64,000 bases of DNA, from contig CAWJCZ010000005.1 of assembly GCA_963841505.1 (NCBI GenBank), forward strand, positions 245,333 through 309,332, in the 5' to 3' direction. Positions 51,633-61,973 of the stretch are shown here, piece after piece. Source of the DNA: an uncultured Gemmatimonadales bacterium (GTDB lineage: Bacteria > Gemmatimonadota > Gemmatimonadetes > Gemmatimonadales > GWC2-71-9). Every line of letters begins with the position of its first letter. Positions within the stretch are counted from its first letter, which is position 1. Made by a program: the position numbers and the translations under genes. A model generated the notes under the pieces. That model saw only the letters and a program-made list of their open reading frames with translations, ran no database searches and was not told the DNA's origin.

Positions 51633-52900
51633 CGATCCCTGGGCGGGGGGAAGCTGAAATGGATCCGCGAGGGGGGTGCACCCGCCAGCCGGGCAGGACC
51701 GATCGCCTTTCGCCCGATCTTCTCCGAGATCCGATCGACTGCTTCCGCCAGGCGACGATCTCGCGGCGTTTCCCCAGCGCCGGCGCCGGACATCAAATCG
51801 AGCTGGTCGGCTCCATCGATGGACTGAAGCGCCGAGAAATTGACCCCCACCAACCGGGCCGGGGCGCGGCGCCGCTGACGCAGGGTGCGGAGGAGGTCCC
51901 GGGCGACCTCGAACAGGGCCCGGTCGGTACTCAATGCTTCGGGCAGGGTTCGCCCTGCCTGTCGGGTCCGGAAATCGTGATCGCGGAGCTTCACGGTCAC
52001 GCAGCGGGTCGCCAGCCGGTCTCGGCGAAGCTCCGCGGCAAGCTCGGTGAGCAGTCGGAGGAGGCGCGCTTCGACTGCCTCGTCGCTCGCCAGATCACGG
52101 GAGAACGTGGTTTCCCGGCTGATCGACTTGTTGGCGGGCTCGATCTGGATTTCCGCCGAACCCTGGCCTCGGATGCAGTGATAGAGCCAGCCGGCGGTCC
52201 CCCGCCCGAGCCACTGGGAGAGGATCTTCTCCTCGATCCGGAGGGCGTCACTGACCCGCACCAGAGCGCGCTTCCTGAGCTCGGCCTGGAGTTTGGGGCC
52301 GACGCCGGGGATCTCGGCGAGGTCACGATCCGCCATGAATGCGGCCTCCTGTCCCGGCGGCACCACCAGCACGCCACTGGCGCCCGATCCCTGGCGGGGC
52401 TTGGCCCGTTCAGCCGCCATCTTGGCCACCATCCGGTTGGTTCCGCCCCCGATCGAGAGGGTGAATCCGGTGGCCTCCAGCACAGAAGCCCTAACCCGCG
52501 CGGCGGTGAGGGTCAGCGGCTCGTCGCGGTAGAGCCGCTCGGTGCCGGTGAGATCGAGGTAGAACTCATCGATGCTGGCCGGCTGGACCGCAGGGGTCCA
52601 CTGCTCGAGCACCTGACGGATCGCGCGGTGGGCCAGCTGGCATTCCCGCCCCGGCACCGGGACGAACATCGCTGCGGGGCAGAGGCGAACCGCGCGGGAG
52701 ATCGGCATGCCGGCCCGGAGACCGAATTCCCGGGCCTCCCAGGAGGCCGAGCACACGACACCACGACTCCTGGCACTGCCACCGACGACCAGGAGTCGTG
52801 CCTTGCCGGCCCCTTCCGGATCGGCCCGGCGAGCCACTGCGACGAACATCTGGTCGCAATCAGCCAGCAGGATCCGGGGTGTTGGCGGGGCGTCGGTCAT
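51629..52900 (-). CDS. dinB: DNA polymerase IV (Y-family)
   Basis: D.D..F.AV, RGVVCSAS.EAR.FG, ASIDEFYLD, AK.A....KP, IPGVG, KSISRETTF. Confidence 0.92.
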   Translation of the reverse strand: MTDAPPTPRILLADCDQMFVAVARRADPEGAGKARLLVVGGSARSRGVVCSASWEAREFGLRAGMPISRAVRLCPAAMFVPVPGRECQLAHRAIRQVLEQWTPAVQPASIDEFYLDLTGTERLYRDEPLTLTAARVRASVLEATGFTLSIGGGTNRMVAKMAAERAKPRQGSGASGVLVVPPGQEAAFMADRDLAEIPGVGPKLQAELRKRALVRVSDALRIEEKILSQWLGRGTAGWLYHCIRGQGSAEIQIEPANKSISRETTFSRDLASDEAVEARLLRLLTELAAELRRDRLATRCVTVKLRDHDFRTRQAGRTLPEALSTDRALFEVARDLLRTLRQRRRAPARLVGVNFSALQSIDGADQLDLMSGAGAGETPRDRRLAEAVDRISEKIGRKAIGPARLAGAPPSRIHFSFPPPRDR

Positions 52901-53007
52901 GGCGCTCTGGGCTTCGGGCGAGCGCGAAACATAGGTGCGCCCACTACTGAGGTCGGCCTTCCGGATGAGGGCGGAAGCTCGGTTGCGTTGCGGCGCTACG
53001 CAGGATA

Positions 53008-53029
53008 ACTTGCTAGCTGGCTAGCAAGT
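53008..53029. promoter_or_regulatory. Perfect inverted repeat, likely TetR operator
   Basis: ACTTGCTAGC-TG-GCTAGCAAGT, about 35 nt upstream of the tetR ATG. Confidence 0.75.
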
Positions 53030-53063
53030 ATTGAAGACCCCCCAGCGATTGGGGTTACTCCAA

Positions 53064-53735
53064 ATGACCCGACCAGCAAAACCCAAATCCCGCGACCAGG
53101 GTCGAAACCCCGCGCGAACCCGCGCCATCATCCTCGACGCCGCCGAGCGACTCTTCGCGGAACAGGGATTCGAAGAAACCAGCCTCGCCGAAGTCGGGCG
53201 CACTGCCGGCGTTTCCCGGGCAACTCCCGGCTACTTCTTCGGATCGAAAGCCGCGCTCCATCGTGCTGTGCTGGAGCGCTGCTTCGAGGACGTCCGCCGG
53301 GCGGTGCGGGAAGGCAAGGAACGCGCGCTCGCCAGCGGGGAAGGCTCCGAGGTCATCCTGGCCGGCGCGGTCGCCGACTATGCCGATTTCGTGGCGGCCC
53401 GTCCCAACTTCGTCCGGCTGATCGAGCGGGAGGCGCTCTCGGATCGCAAGGTGCTCGAGGACATGCCCCTCCGTTCGGCCGTCTGGCAGGAGGCGCTCGC
53501 TGCGTTTCAGCAGGAGCTGGGCTTCGACACCGACAGCGCCGAGGCCGCGCATCTGCTGCTCTCGCTGGTCGCCTTGACCTGGTTTCCCCTGGTCCATGGA
53601 CGGACCTTCCTCAAGACGGTCGGTCTCGACCCGCAGGCTGCCGACTTCGCGGACCAACGCAAACGTCATATCACCACGATGCTGCTCGGCGCCCTGCACC
53701 AGCGGGCCGCTTCTCCCGATGGGTATCCCCAATGA
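53064..53735 (+). CDS. TetR/AcrR family regulator
   Basis: ILDAAERLFAEQGF..TSL.EV...AGVS.A...YFFGSK. Confidence 0.93.
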   Translation: MTRPAKPKSRDQGRNPARTRAIILDAAERLFAEQGFEETSLAEVGRTAGVSRATPGYFFGSKAALHRAVLERCFEDVRRAVREGKERALASGEGSEVILAGAVADYADFVAARPNFVRLIEREALSDRKVLEDMPLRSAVWQEALAAFQQELGFDTDSAEAAHLLLSLVALTWFPLVHGRTFLKTVGLDPQAADFADQRKRHITTMLLGALHQRAASPDGYPQ

Positions 53736-55587
53736 CCGACGTTCTGACCCGCCCACCCAGCCGTCCCCCCGAGTTTCCGACTTCCCAGGATGCCCGCGAA
53801 GTCGCCGAGGCGGCCCGCGAGCAGGAATGGCGCGACAGCTTCGTCAAGGAGCTGTTCGAAGGCCGGCTCCGGCTCGATCTGATCCATCCGTTTCCCGAGC
53901 CGACCGCCGAGGACGTCGCCAAGGCCCAACCGTTCCTGGACCGGCTGGAGCGGTTTCTGCGCGAGAAGGTGGACGGGGACCAGATCGACCGGGACGGCCA
54001 GATTCCCGCCCCGGTGGTGCGTGGCCTCCAGGAGATGGGGGCTTTCGGGATCAAGATCTCGGAGGAATACGGCGGGTTAGGGCTCTCCCAGCTCATGTAC
54101 GCCCGCGCCATCGGCCTGGTGACGAGCTGGGATGGCAGCCTGACCGCGCTGCTCTCCGCCAGCCAGTCCATCGGGGTACCGGTGCCCCTCAAGCTGTTCG
54201 GCACCGAGGAGCAGAAGCGGAAGTACCTCCCCAGGATCGCCAAGGGTGCGATCACCGCCTTTGCCCTGACCGAGGCCCAGGTCGGGAGTGATCCCGCCGG
54301 CCTCTCGACCTCCGCGGTGCTGAGCCAGGATGGCCGTCACTGGATCCTCAACGGCGAAAAGCTCTGGTGCACCAACGGAACCGTCGCCGAGCTCATGGTG
54401 GTCATGGCCCGCACCGGGCCCAAACGGATCACCGCGTTCATCGTGGAAGACCGCCTGGCCGGGCGTCGAGGTGGTGCAGCGGCTCCATTTCATGGGACTC
54501 CGCGCGATCGAGAACGGCATCCTGCGATTCACCAACGTCAAAGTCCCGGTCGAGAACGTCCTGTGGGAGGAGGGCAAGGGACTCAAGCTCGCCCTCATCA
54601 CCCTCAATACCGGGCGGCTCACCATTCCCGCGGGCTGCGCCGCCGGCGCCAAGCGCGCGCTGGAGATCGCCCGCACCTGGGCGGCGGAACGGGTGCAGTG
54701 GGGCGCTCCCATCGGCAAGCACGACGCGATCGCTCAGAAGCTGGGCCAGATGGCCGCCGAAGTCTTTGCCATGCAATCCATCGCCGATCTCGGCTGTCTC
54801 CTGGCCGATCGACCCGGTGCGGATATCCGGCTCGAAGCGGCAATCGCCAAGCTGTGGAACACCGAAGTGCGGATGGCGGATCGTGGACGATGCCTCCAGA
54901 TCAAGGGTGGACGCGGTTACGAGACCGCCGATTCGCTCCGCTCCCACGGGGAACGTCCCGACCCGGTGGAGCGGATGCTCCGGGACTGGCGGATCAACCG
55001 GCTGTTCGAGGGATCCACCGAGATCATGCGGTTGTTCATCGCGCGGGAAGCGGTGGACACCCATCTGCGCATTGCCGGCGATCTGATCAATCCCAAAGCG
55101 ACTCTGGGCACCAAGCTCAAGGCGGGCCTCCGCGCCGCGGGATTCTACGCAGCCTGGTATCCGCGACAGTGGGTCGGCTGGGGCTGGTGGCCTTCCTACC
55201 GGGAATTCGGGACGCTGGCGCACTCACCTGCGTTTCGTGGACCGGGCATCGAGGAAGCTGGCCCGCACCCTCTTCCACGCCATGGTGCGTTTCGGGCCGC
55301 GGCTCGAGCAGAAGCAGTCGGTGCTGTTCCGCCTGGTGGACGTCGGCGCGGAGCTGCTCGCGATCAGCGCGTCCTGCAGCCGCGCGCTGATGATGGTGCG
55401 GTCCGATCCGGACAATACCGGACCGGTTCGCATGGCGGACCTGCTGAGCCGCGAGGCCCGGCGCCGGGTCGCGAGTCTCTTTGCCTCGGTGTTCGACAAC
55501 GACGACGACCGCACCTACCGCGTGGCGCAGCAGGTGCTCGCCGGCGAGGAGAATTGGCTCGAAGACGGGCTGGTGTCCCGCGATTAG
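53732..55587 (+). CDS. Acyl-CoA dehydrogenase (VLCAD/ACAD9-like); several indels
   Basis: [50 protein letters not shown]; frame changes at about 54450, 54870, 54893, 55225. Confidence 0.9.
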
Positions 55588-55621
55588 ATTGGCACGGGTC
55601 AGGTGATCCGAGGATGGCATC

Positions 55622-56017
55622 ATGGCAACCGCTGAAGGCAAAACCATTCCGTTCGGGGGCCCTGAGCACATCGATGCTCAGGTGCTGGAGACGTTCGAGT
55701 ACGATGGTCCCGCTCAGGAAATCGTCACCGAGACGAGTGAGTTTTCGGCGGTGTGCCCCTACAGCGGTCTGCCGGACTATGCCAGGCTGGTCATCCGGTA
55801 CGTTCCCCACCAGAAGTGCGTCGAGCTCAAGAGTCTCAAGTACTACATCGTGAGTTATCGCAACGTGGGGATTTTTCAGGAGCACGCCACCGCGCGTCTC
55901 GCGGAAGATCTGTTTCACTGTCTCGCGCCGCGGTCGCTGACCGTGAGCACCGTCTACAACGTGCGGGGGGGATTCGAAACCACCTGCACCGTCACCCTGC
56001 CCAGCGCCCATGCCTAA
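55622..56017 (+). CDS. queF: NADPH-dependent preQ0 reductase (type I)
   Basis: [28 protein letters not shown]. Confidence 0.95.
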   Translation: MATAEGKTIPFGGPEHIDAQVLETFEYDGPAQEIVTETSEFSAVCPYSGLPDYARLVIRYVPHQKCVELKSLKYYIVSYRNVGIFQEHATARLAEDLFHCLAPRSLTVSTVYNVRGGFETTCTVTLPSAHA

Positions 56018-56051
56018 AACCGCCCCGCGCCCCGAACCGGAGAAGGTCGCG

Positions 56052-57335
56052 ATGACCTCCGAGACGCTGACCGTCACCGACAACCGGACCGGCCAGCACT
56101 ACCAGCTGCCGATCCGCGACGGGACCGTCAACGCGATCGACCTCCGCCAGATCAAGACCGGTCCGGACGACTTCGGGCTGATGACCTACGACCCGGCGTT
56201 CATGAACACCGCGGCGTGCCGGAGCGCGATCACCTACATCGACGGGGACAAGGGCATCCTCCGCTACCGGGGATATCCGATCGAGCAGCTCGCCGAACAG
56301 GCCACCTTTCTGGAGGTGGCCTACCTGCTGGCCCAGGGCGAGCTGCCCGACCGCCATGAGCTGGACAAGTGGGTGCACGACATCACCTACCACACCTACG
56401 TCCACACCAACATCATCAAGTTCCTGGAAGGGTTCCGCTACGACGCCCATCCGATGGGCATGATGCTGAGCGCGATCGGCGCCCTCTCCACTTTCTACCC
56501 GGAAGCCAAGAACATCGGCGACGCCGCCAACCGCTACGTGCAGCGGATCCGGCTGATGGCCAAGCTGCCGACGATCGCGGCGTTCGTGTTCCGGCATTCC
56601 CGCGGGCTCCCGTACGAATTCCCCCGGAACGACCTCGATTACATCGGCAACTACGTCAACATGATGTTCTCGATCGGCGGCAAGCACGAGCCGAACAAGG
56701 TGCTCCAGCGGGCCCTCGAGATCCTGTTCATTCTCCATGCCGATCACGAGCAGAACTGTTCGACCAGCGCGGTCCGCTCGGTCGGCTCGTCCCACGTGGA
56801 TCCGTTCTCGGCGGTGTCGGCGGGCATCGCGGCGCTCTACGGCCCGTTGCACGGCGGGGCCAACGAGGCCGTGCTGCGGATGCTCGATGAGATCGGCACC
56901 GTGAAGCAGGTTCCCGGGTACATCGAGAAGACCAAGAAGGGCGAGGGGCGCCTGATGGGCTTCGGGCACCGGGTCTACAAGTCCTACGACCCGCGGGCCA
57001 AGCTGATCAAGCGGGTCGCGGACGATGTGTTCAAGCAGACCGGCCTCAACCCGAAGCTCGAAATTGCCCTGGAGCTCGAGCGGATCGCCCTCTCGGACGA
57101 CTATTTCATTTCCCGGAAGCTCTACCCCAACGTGGACTTCTATTCCGGCCTGATCTACCAGGCCATGGGATATCCCACCGATTACTTCACGGTGCTCTTT
57201 ACGGTGGGACGCCTGCCGGGCTGGCTGGCGCAGTGGGAAGAGATGCTCAAAGACAAGGACCAGAAGATCGCCCGGCCCCGTCAGATCTACACTGGGCCGG
57301 AGGAACGGGAGTTCGTGCCGATGGAAAGCAGATAG
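56052..57335 (+). CDS. gltA: Citrate synthase
   Basis: YDP.F.NTA, GILRYRGY, HADHEQNCST, GPLHGGANE, LMGFGHRVYK, YPNVDFYSG. Alternative start 56010. Confidence 0.97.
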   Translation: MTSETLTVTDNRTGQHYQLPIRDGTVNAIDLRQIKTGPDDFGLMTYDPAFMNTAACRSAITYIDGDKGILRYRGYPIEQLAEQATFLEVAYLLAQGELPDRHELDKWVHDITYHTYVHTNIIKFLEGFRYDAHPMGMMLSAIGALSTFYPEAKNIGDAANRYVQRIRLMAKLPTIAAFVFRHSRGLPYEFPRNDLDYIGNYVNMMFSIGGKHEPNKVLQRALEILFILHADHEQNCSTSAVRSVGSSHVDPFSAVSAGIAALYGPLHGGANEAVLRMLDEIGTVKQVPGYIEKTKKGEGRLMGFGHRVYKSYDPRAKLIKRVADDVFKQTGLNPKLEIALELERIALSDDYFISRKLYPNVDFYSGLIYQAMGYPTDYFTVLFTVGRLPGWLAQWEEMLKDKDQKIARPRQIYTGPEEREFVPMESR

Positions 57336-57341
57336 AGCGGA

Positions 57342-57373
57342 GCGGACGGGCGGACAGACGGACGGGCGGCTAG
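57342..57373 (+). repeat. Octamer repeat (RCGGACRG) x3-4 after the gltA stop
   Basis: gcggacgg-gcggacag-acggacgg-gcggctag between convergent genes. Confidence 0.7.
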
Positions 57374-58239
57374 TGATGGCCGCCCGTTTCCATTTCGACC
57401 AGGAATCTCTCGGCCCGGACCCGGATCTCGTCGCGGTGGATGGCGGCGAGGTAGGTCCGGCGCATCCCGCCCCAGCGATCGGCAAGCTGGGCGACAATCG
57501 CGCTCCACCGGGTCCAATCCCCCGCCTTCTGGGCCCGATCCAGCTCGGGCACCAGGGTCCGGATCTCCGCCCGCGGCGGTGCCAGCTCGCTCTGCACCGC
57601 GGCACGCTGGGCCAGACGGGGAAAGAGTCCCGCGCTGTCCACCACTTCACTGAGCGCGATCGCGGCCGCACGAATCCGCGGTCCTTCGACCGGGTCATGG
57701 AGCCGCGCCACGTCGGGCGGGGTGAGGCCGAGGGCCCAGAACGGCAGCCAGGGGTTGTGCCCCGCGAAGGGCCCGTCCGGCGAATCGACAAACCAGACGT
57801 GGAGCATCACCAGGGTCAAACCCGGCGGCGCGAGATCGGGATGCTCGTGCCAGGGCGGATTTCCCGAGAAGGTCTCGGGGCGGGTGGAATCGTTCTCGGT
57901 GGCGAGATAGGCAAAAGCGGCGCCGACCAGCTTCTCTTTCCCGTCCACCGGACTGAACATGAGCTGGGGCGGATCTGAGGGATCGAATCGTTTGCCGGCA
58001 AGCATCTTCCCGGCATTCACCCAGTGGGTGCCCATCGTGGGAATCCAGCCGAACACCGGATTGAATCCCGCCGCCTGGGCCGACGCGGTGGTCGAGACGC
58101 CTTCGACCGCGTGCGCCACCTGACGGATTTCGGCCAAGGTGGCGGGAGAGGCGGGCTCGTCCCGGTGCATGGCATGCTGGGCCCAGACCGGAGGGGCCAG
58201 AATGGCCAGAGTGGCCAAGGTGGCCAGCGTCGATCTCAT
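57370..58239 (-). CDS. Exported hypothetical protein with conserved-looking His/Met motifs
   Basis: Signal peptide (TLA repeats); MGTHW, PPQLMF, WHEH, MLHVW, PDGPFAGHNP. Confidence 0.75.
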   Translation of the reverse strand: MRSTLATLATLAILAPPVWAQHAMHRDEPASPATLAEIRQVAHAVEGVSTTASAQAAGFNPVFGWIPTMGTHWVNAGKMLAGKRFDPSDPPQLMFSPVDGKEKLVGAAFAYLATENDSTRPETFSGNPPWHEHPDLAPPGLTLVMLHVWFVDSPDGPFAGHNPWLPFWALGLTPPDVARLHDPVEGPRIRAAAIALSEVVDSAGLFPRLAQRAAVQSELAPPRAEIRTLVPELDRAQKAGDWTRWSAIVAQLADRWGGMRRTYLAAIHRDEIRVRAERFLVEMETGGHH

Positions 58240-60237
58240 GATTCCGTCCGGGAGGTCGAGGCCAGCGCCGGCGAGGGCTCGGGGGCCGCGCTGGGTGCCG
58301 GCGCGGCTCCGTTGGCGGCGGGAGCCGCCGGCTCGATCGGCAGCTCGCCTTCCAGGTAGGTGTAGCCCTCGAGACCGGCCACGTAGTCGGCGATGAACGC
58401 GTTGGCCTCGGGCCGGGACAGGGCGATCGCGCGCCCGACCTTGCGCCGGAAGGTCTGGAGCAGATCGGGGCTCTGGAACTGGACGTAGTTGAGCACTTCG
58501 GTGACGGTGTCGCCGTGGACCAGGTCGGTGATCTCATAACCCGCGTCGGTCAGCTTGATGTGCACCGCGTTGGTATCGCCGAACAGGTTGTGGAGGTCGC
58601 CCAGGATTTCCTGGTAGGCGCCGGTGAGGAAGATCCCCAGGATGTAGGGCTCCCCATGCCGGTAGGGGTGGAGCTCCAGGCAGGGCTTGCCCTTCCGGCC
58701 CCCGGCGAACCGGTCGATGACGCCATCGGAATCGCAGGTGATGTCCTGCAGGGTGCCTCGCCGGATCGGCTCTTCGAGCAGCCGGTGGACCGGCATGATC
58801 GGGAAGATCTGGTCGATGGCCCAGTTGTCGGGGAGCGACTGGAACACCGAGAAGTTGCAGAAGTACCGGTCCACCAGGGTCGCTTCGAGGTGGTTCACAG
58901 ATCTCGGGGTAATTCTGCCGGTCGCTGGCGATCAGGGCCGCGATCGCGTTCAGGGTGGCGAGGTAGAACTGCTCGATGTCGGCCATGTCGCGCAGGGTGA
59001 TCGCATCGCTGGCGAAGAGCTCCTGCACCCGCTCCTTGGCGAACACCGCGTCGTGGAACACCTCTTCCACCCGGTCCAGGGTCAGGGCCTCGAGGTTCTC
59101 CTTGAGCTCGACCAGCACCGCGGGCGGCTCCTCCCGGAGCGCCGGCACCACCGGTTCGGTGAGGGCCTCCACCCCGGTCACGTTGAGGAGCAGCAGCGCG
59201 TGGTGGGCGGTAAGGGCCCGGCCCGACTCCGAGATGAGGTGGGGCATCGGCTGGCCGAACTGGCGGCACACGGTGCCCAGGTTGTAGACCACGTCGTTGG
59301 CGTATTCCCGGGTGGTGTAGTTCATGCTCGCCGAGCGGGTGGTCTTGGAGCCCTCGTAGTCCACCCCTAACCCGCCGCCCACGTCCACGTGGGAAATGTC
59401 GAAGCCCATCTCCCGGATCTCGACGTAGTAGCGTCCGATCTCCTCCAGGCCGGCCTTGATGTACCGGATGTCGGTGATCTGGCTGCCCAGATGGAAATGG
59501 ACCAGCTTGAGGGCGTCCTTGCGGCCGGCCTGGGCGAGCCGGTCCAGCAGCCTGGAGAGCTCCACCGCGCTCAAGCCGAACTTGGAGCGTTCGCCGCCCG
59601 ACTTGGCCCAGCGGCCGGAGCCCTCGGTGGCGAGCTTGATCCGGACCCCCAGGGTCGGGGTCACGCCCATCTCATCGGCCACCCGCAGCACGGTCTCCAG
59701 CTCGCCGACCTGCTCCAGCACGATGAACACCTGGTGGCCGAGGCGCTGGCCCATGAGGGCGAACCGCATGAACTCCTCGTCCTTGTAGCCGTTGCAGACG
59801 ATGAGATGGTCGGTGCGGTCGGTGAGCCCCAGCACCGCCTGGAGCTCGGGCTTGCTGCCGCACTCCAGTCCGACCCCGTAGCCCGCGCCGAAGTGCACGA
59901 TCTCCTGGATGACGTGGCGCTGCTGATTCACCTTGACCGGGTAGACCGTCGTGTAGGTCCCCTCGTAGGCGGTTTCGTCGATGGCGCGGCGGAACTCGTG
60001 CGCGAGGGCGGCGATCCGCGCCTTGAGGATGTCGGAAAACCGGATCAGCAGGGGAAGCCCGATACCCTGGGCGTTGGCATCGAGGGCCAGGCGGTAGAGG
60101 TCGATGGCCCGGTCGGCGGTCTGATCCGGGTGCACCGAGACGTGCCCTTCGCCGTTGATCCGGAAGAACCCGAGACCCCAGCCCCGCATGTTGTAGAGCC
60201 GCTCGGCGTCCTTGATCGTCCAGGTCGAGTTTGCGAT
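58236..60237 (-). CDS. speA: Biosynthetic arginine decarboxylase (frameshift at about 58899; start uncertain)
   Basis: VYPVKVNQ, GLECGSKPE, SKFGL, HFHLGSQ, DVGGGLGVDY, ESGR, NFSVFQSLPD.W, DITCDSDG, GAYQEILG..HNLFG. Confidence 0.95.
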
Positions 60238-60327
60238 GACTGGCCCCCGGTGCGTGATCGAGATGGTGGGTCTCAAAACTAACGTCCGCAACGGCGGCAC
60301 AGAAGCGGCGCGGGTAGATTCGCGACC

Positions 60328-61233
60328 ATGCGCATCGGCCTCACCGGCGGGTCCGGATTGCTGGGATCCCTCCTCGCGCCACGCCTCGCGATGGAGGGGC
60401 ACCAGGTCATCCCCCTGGTGCGCCACCAGCCCGGACCCGGTGAGATCCAGTGGCTCAGTGGATCCGAGGTGGTTCTTCGGGACACCGACCTGGCGCGCAT
60501 GGATGCCATCGTGCACCTCGCCGGCGAAAACATCGGACACCGCTGGACCCCGGCGCGAAGACGAAGGATCAGGGAAAGCCGGACCCTGGGCACCGCCGGG
60601 CTGGCGCGCCGGCTGGCGGCCGCGGGCCCTTCGCGAGGTCCTTCCGTCCTCGTGGCGGCGTCCGCGATCGGCTACTACGGGAGCCGCGGCGACCTGGTCC
60701 TCACCGAAGCGAGCTCATCGGGCGCAGGGTTCCTTGCGGACGTCTGCCGGGAATGGGAATCGGCCACGCAACCCGCAGAGGACGCCGGTCTGCGCGTGGT
60801 CCGGCTCCGGATGGGTCTCCCTCTCACCGCAGACGGCGGCGTTCTGGGCCGCATGCTGCTTCCGTTCCGCCTCGGCGTGGGTGGCCGCATGGGAAGCGGA
60901 AGACAGTGGATGAGCTGGATCGCCGTCGACGATCTCGCGATGGTATACGCGCGAGTCCTGTCCCAGGACGGTTTCCGGGGGCCGATCAACGCGGTTGCCC
61001 CGCATCCGGTCCGAAACAGTGAATTCACCCGCGTGCTGGGACGGGTCCTGCACCGCCCCGCTTTCCTCCCGATTCCGGCACTCGCACTGGAGACTCTGTT
61101 TGGCCAGATGGCGAGGGAGACGATTCTTTCGAGCGCGCGGGTATTGCCGGAGCGACTGCTGGTCGAGGGATTCGAATTCAGATACCCCGAGCTCGAGGCG
61201 GCGCTCCGACACGAGCTCCGAGGAGAAGCATGA
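60328..61233 (+). CDS. TIGR01777 / YfcH-like NAD-dependent epimerase
   Basis: [42 protein letters not shown]. Confidence 0.93.
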   Translation: MRIGLTGGSGLLGSLLAPRLAMEGHQVIPLVRHQPGPGEIQWLSGSEVVLRDTDLARMDAIVHLAGENIGHRWTPARRRRIRESRTLGTAGLARRLAAAGPSRGPSVLVAASAIGYYGSRGDLVLTEASSSGAGFLADVCREWESATQPAEDAGLRVVRLRMGLPLTADGGVLGRMLLPFRLGVGGRMGSGRQWMSWIAVDDLAMVYARVLSQDGFRGPINAVAPHPVRNSEFTRVLGRVLHRPAFLPIPALALETLFGQMARETILSSARVLPERLLVEGFEFRYPELEAALRHELRGEA

Positions 61234-61922
61234 AACGCGCGGTGGTGCTGCTCTCCGGCGGGCTCGACTCCGCAACCACCCTCGCGATCGCCCGGTCTGC
61301 GGGCTACGAGGTCGCGGCGCTGAGTTTCCGGTACGGGCAGCGACACGCGATCGAGCTCGAGGCAGCCCGGGCGGTCGCGGCGCACCTGGGCTCGTGGCGC
61401 CACGAGGTCATCGACATCGACCTCCGACGCATCGGGGGCTCGGCGCTGACCGCGGACCTGCCGGTTCCTCATGGCCGCACTGCTGCGGAACGAGAGTCGG
61501 GCATCCCGATTACCTACGTGCCCGCCCGCAATACCATCTTTCTCTCGTTCGGCCTGGCGTGGTGCGAGGTGCTCGAGACCGGCGACCTGTTCCTCGGAGT
61601 GAACGCGCTCGACTACAGTGGCTATCCCGACTGCCGGCCGGAGTACATCCGGGCCTTCGAAACGATGGCGAATCTGGCCACCAGGGCCGGCGTCGAAGGC
61701 CGCATCAGCTACCGCATCCGCGCCCCGCTCATCGCGCTCACCAAGGCCGAGATCATTCGGAAGGGACTGGCGCTGGGCGTCGATTATTCCCTCACCCGAA
61801 GCTGCTACGACCCGGACGACCAGGGCCGGGCCTGTGGCGAGTGCGATTCGTGCCTGCTGCGTCTCAAGGGGTTCGAGGAGGCCGGCATGCAGGATCCCGC
61901 GTCGTACCGGCGGGAGCCCTAG
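61230..61922 (+). CDS. queC: 7-cyano-7-deazaguanine synthase
   Basis: [30 protein letters not shown]...CGECDSC. Confidence 0.97.
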   Translation: MKRAVVLLSGGLDSATTLAIARSAGYEVAALSFRYGQRHAIELEAARAVAAHLGSWRHEVIDIDLRRIGGSALTADLPVPHGRTAAERESGIPITYVPARNTIFLSFGLAWCEVLETGDLFLGVNALDYSGYPDCRPEYIRAFETMANLATRAGVEGRISYRIRAPLIALTKAEIIRKGLALGVDYSLTRSCYDPDDQGRACGECDSCLLRLKGFEEAGMQDPASYRREP

Positions 61923-61970
61923 AGGTGAGAGTTACCTCTCACCTCTTACCTGTTACCTCTTACTTTATTC
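61921..61970. repeat. Heptamer-derived hairpin plus trailing CTYACCT units between queC and queE
   Basis: AGAGGTGAGAG-TTAC-CTCTCACCTCT perfect 11-bp stem (61921-61946), then cttacct/gttacct/cttactt. Confidence 0.85.
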
Positions 61971-61973
61971 CTC

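Noticed and set aside
52900-53030. LexA/SOS box for dinB
   Set aside because: No recognisable SOS box; the palindrome lies closer to tetR and fits a TetR operator.
55560-55625. preQ1 riboswitch upstream of queF or queC
   Set aside because: Gaps are very short or overlapping, and I see no preQ1 stem with an A-rich tail.
58534-58900. Programmed frameshift in speA (antizyme-like polyamine control)
   Set aside because: No slippery sequence or stop at the shift site, and similar indels occur throughout the window.
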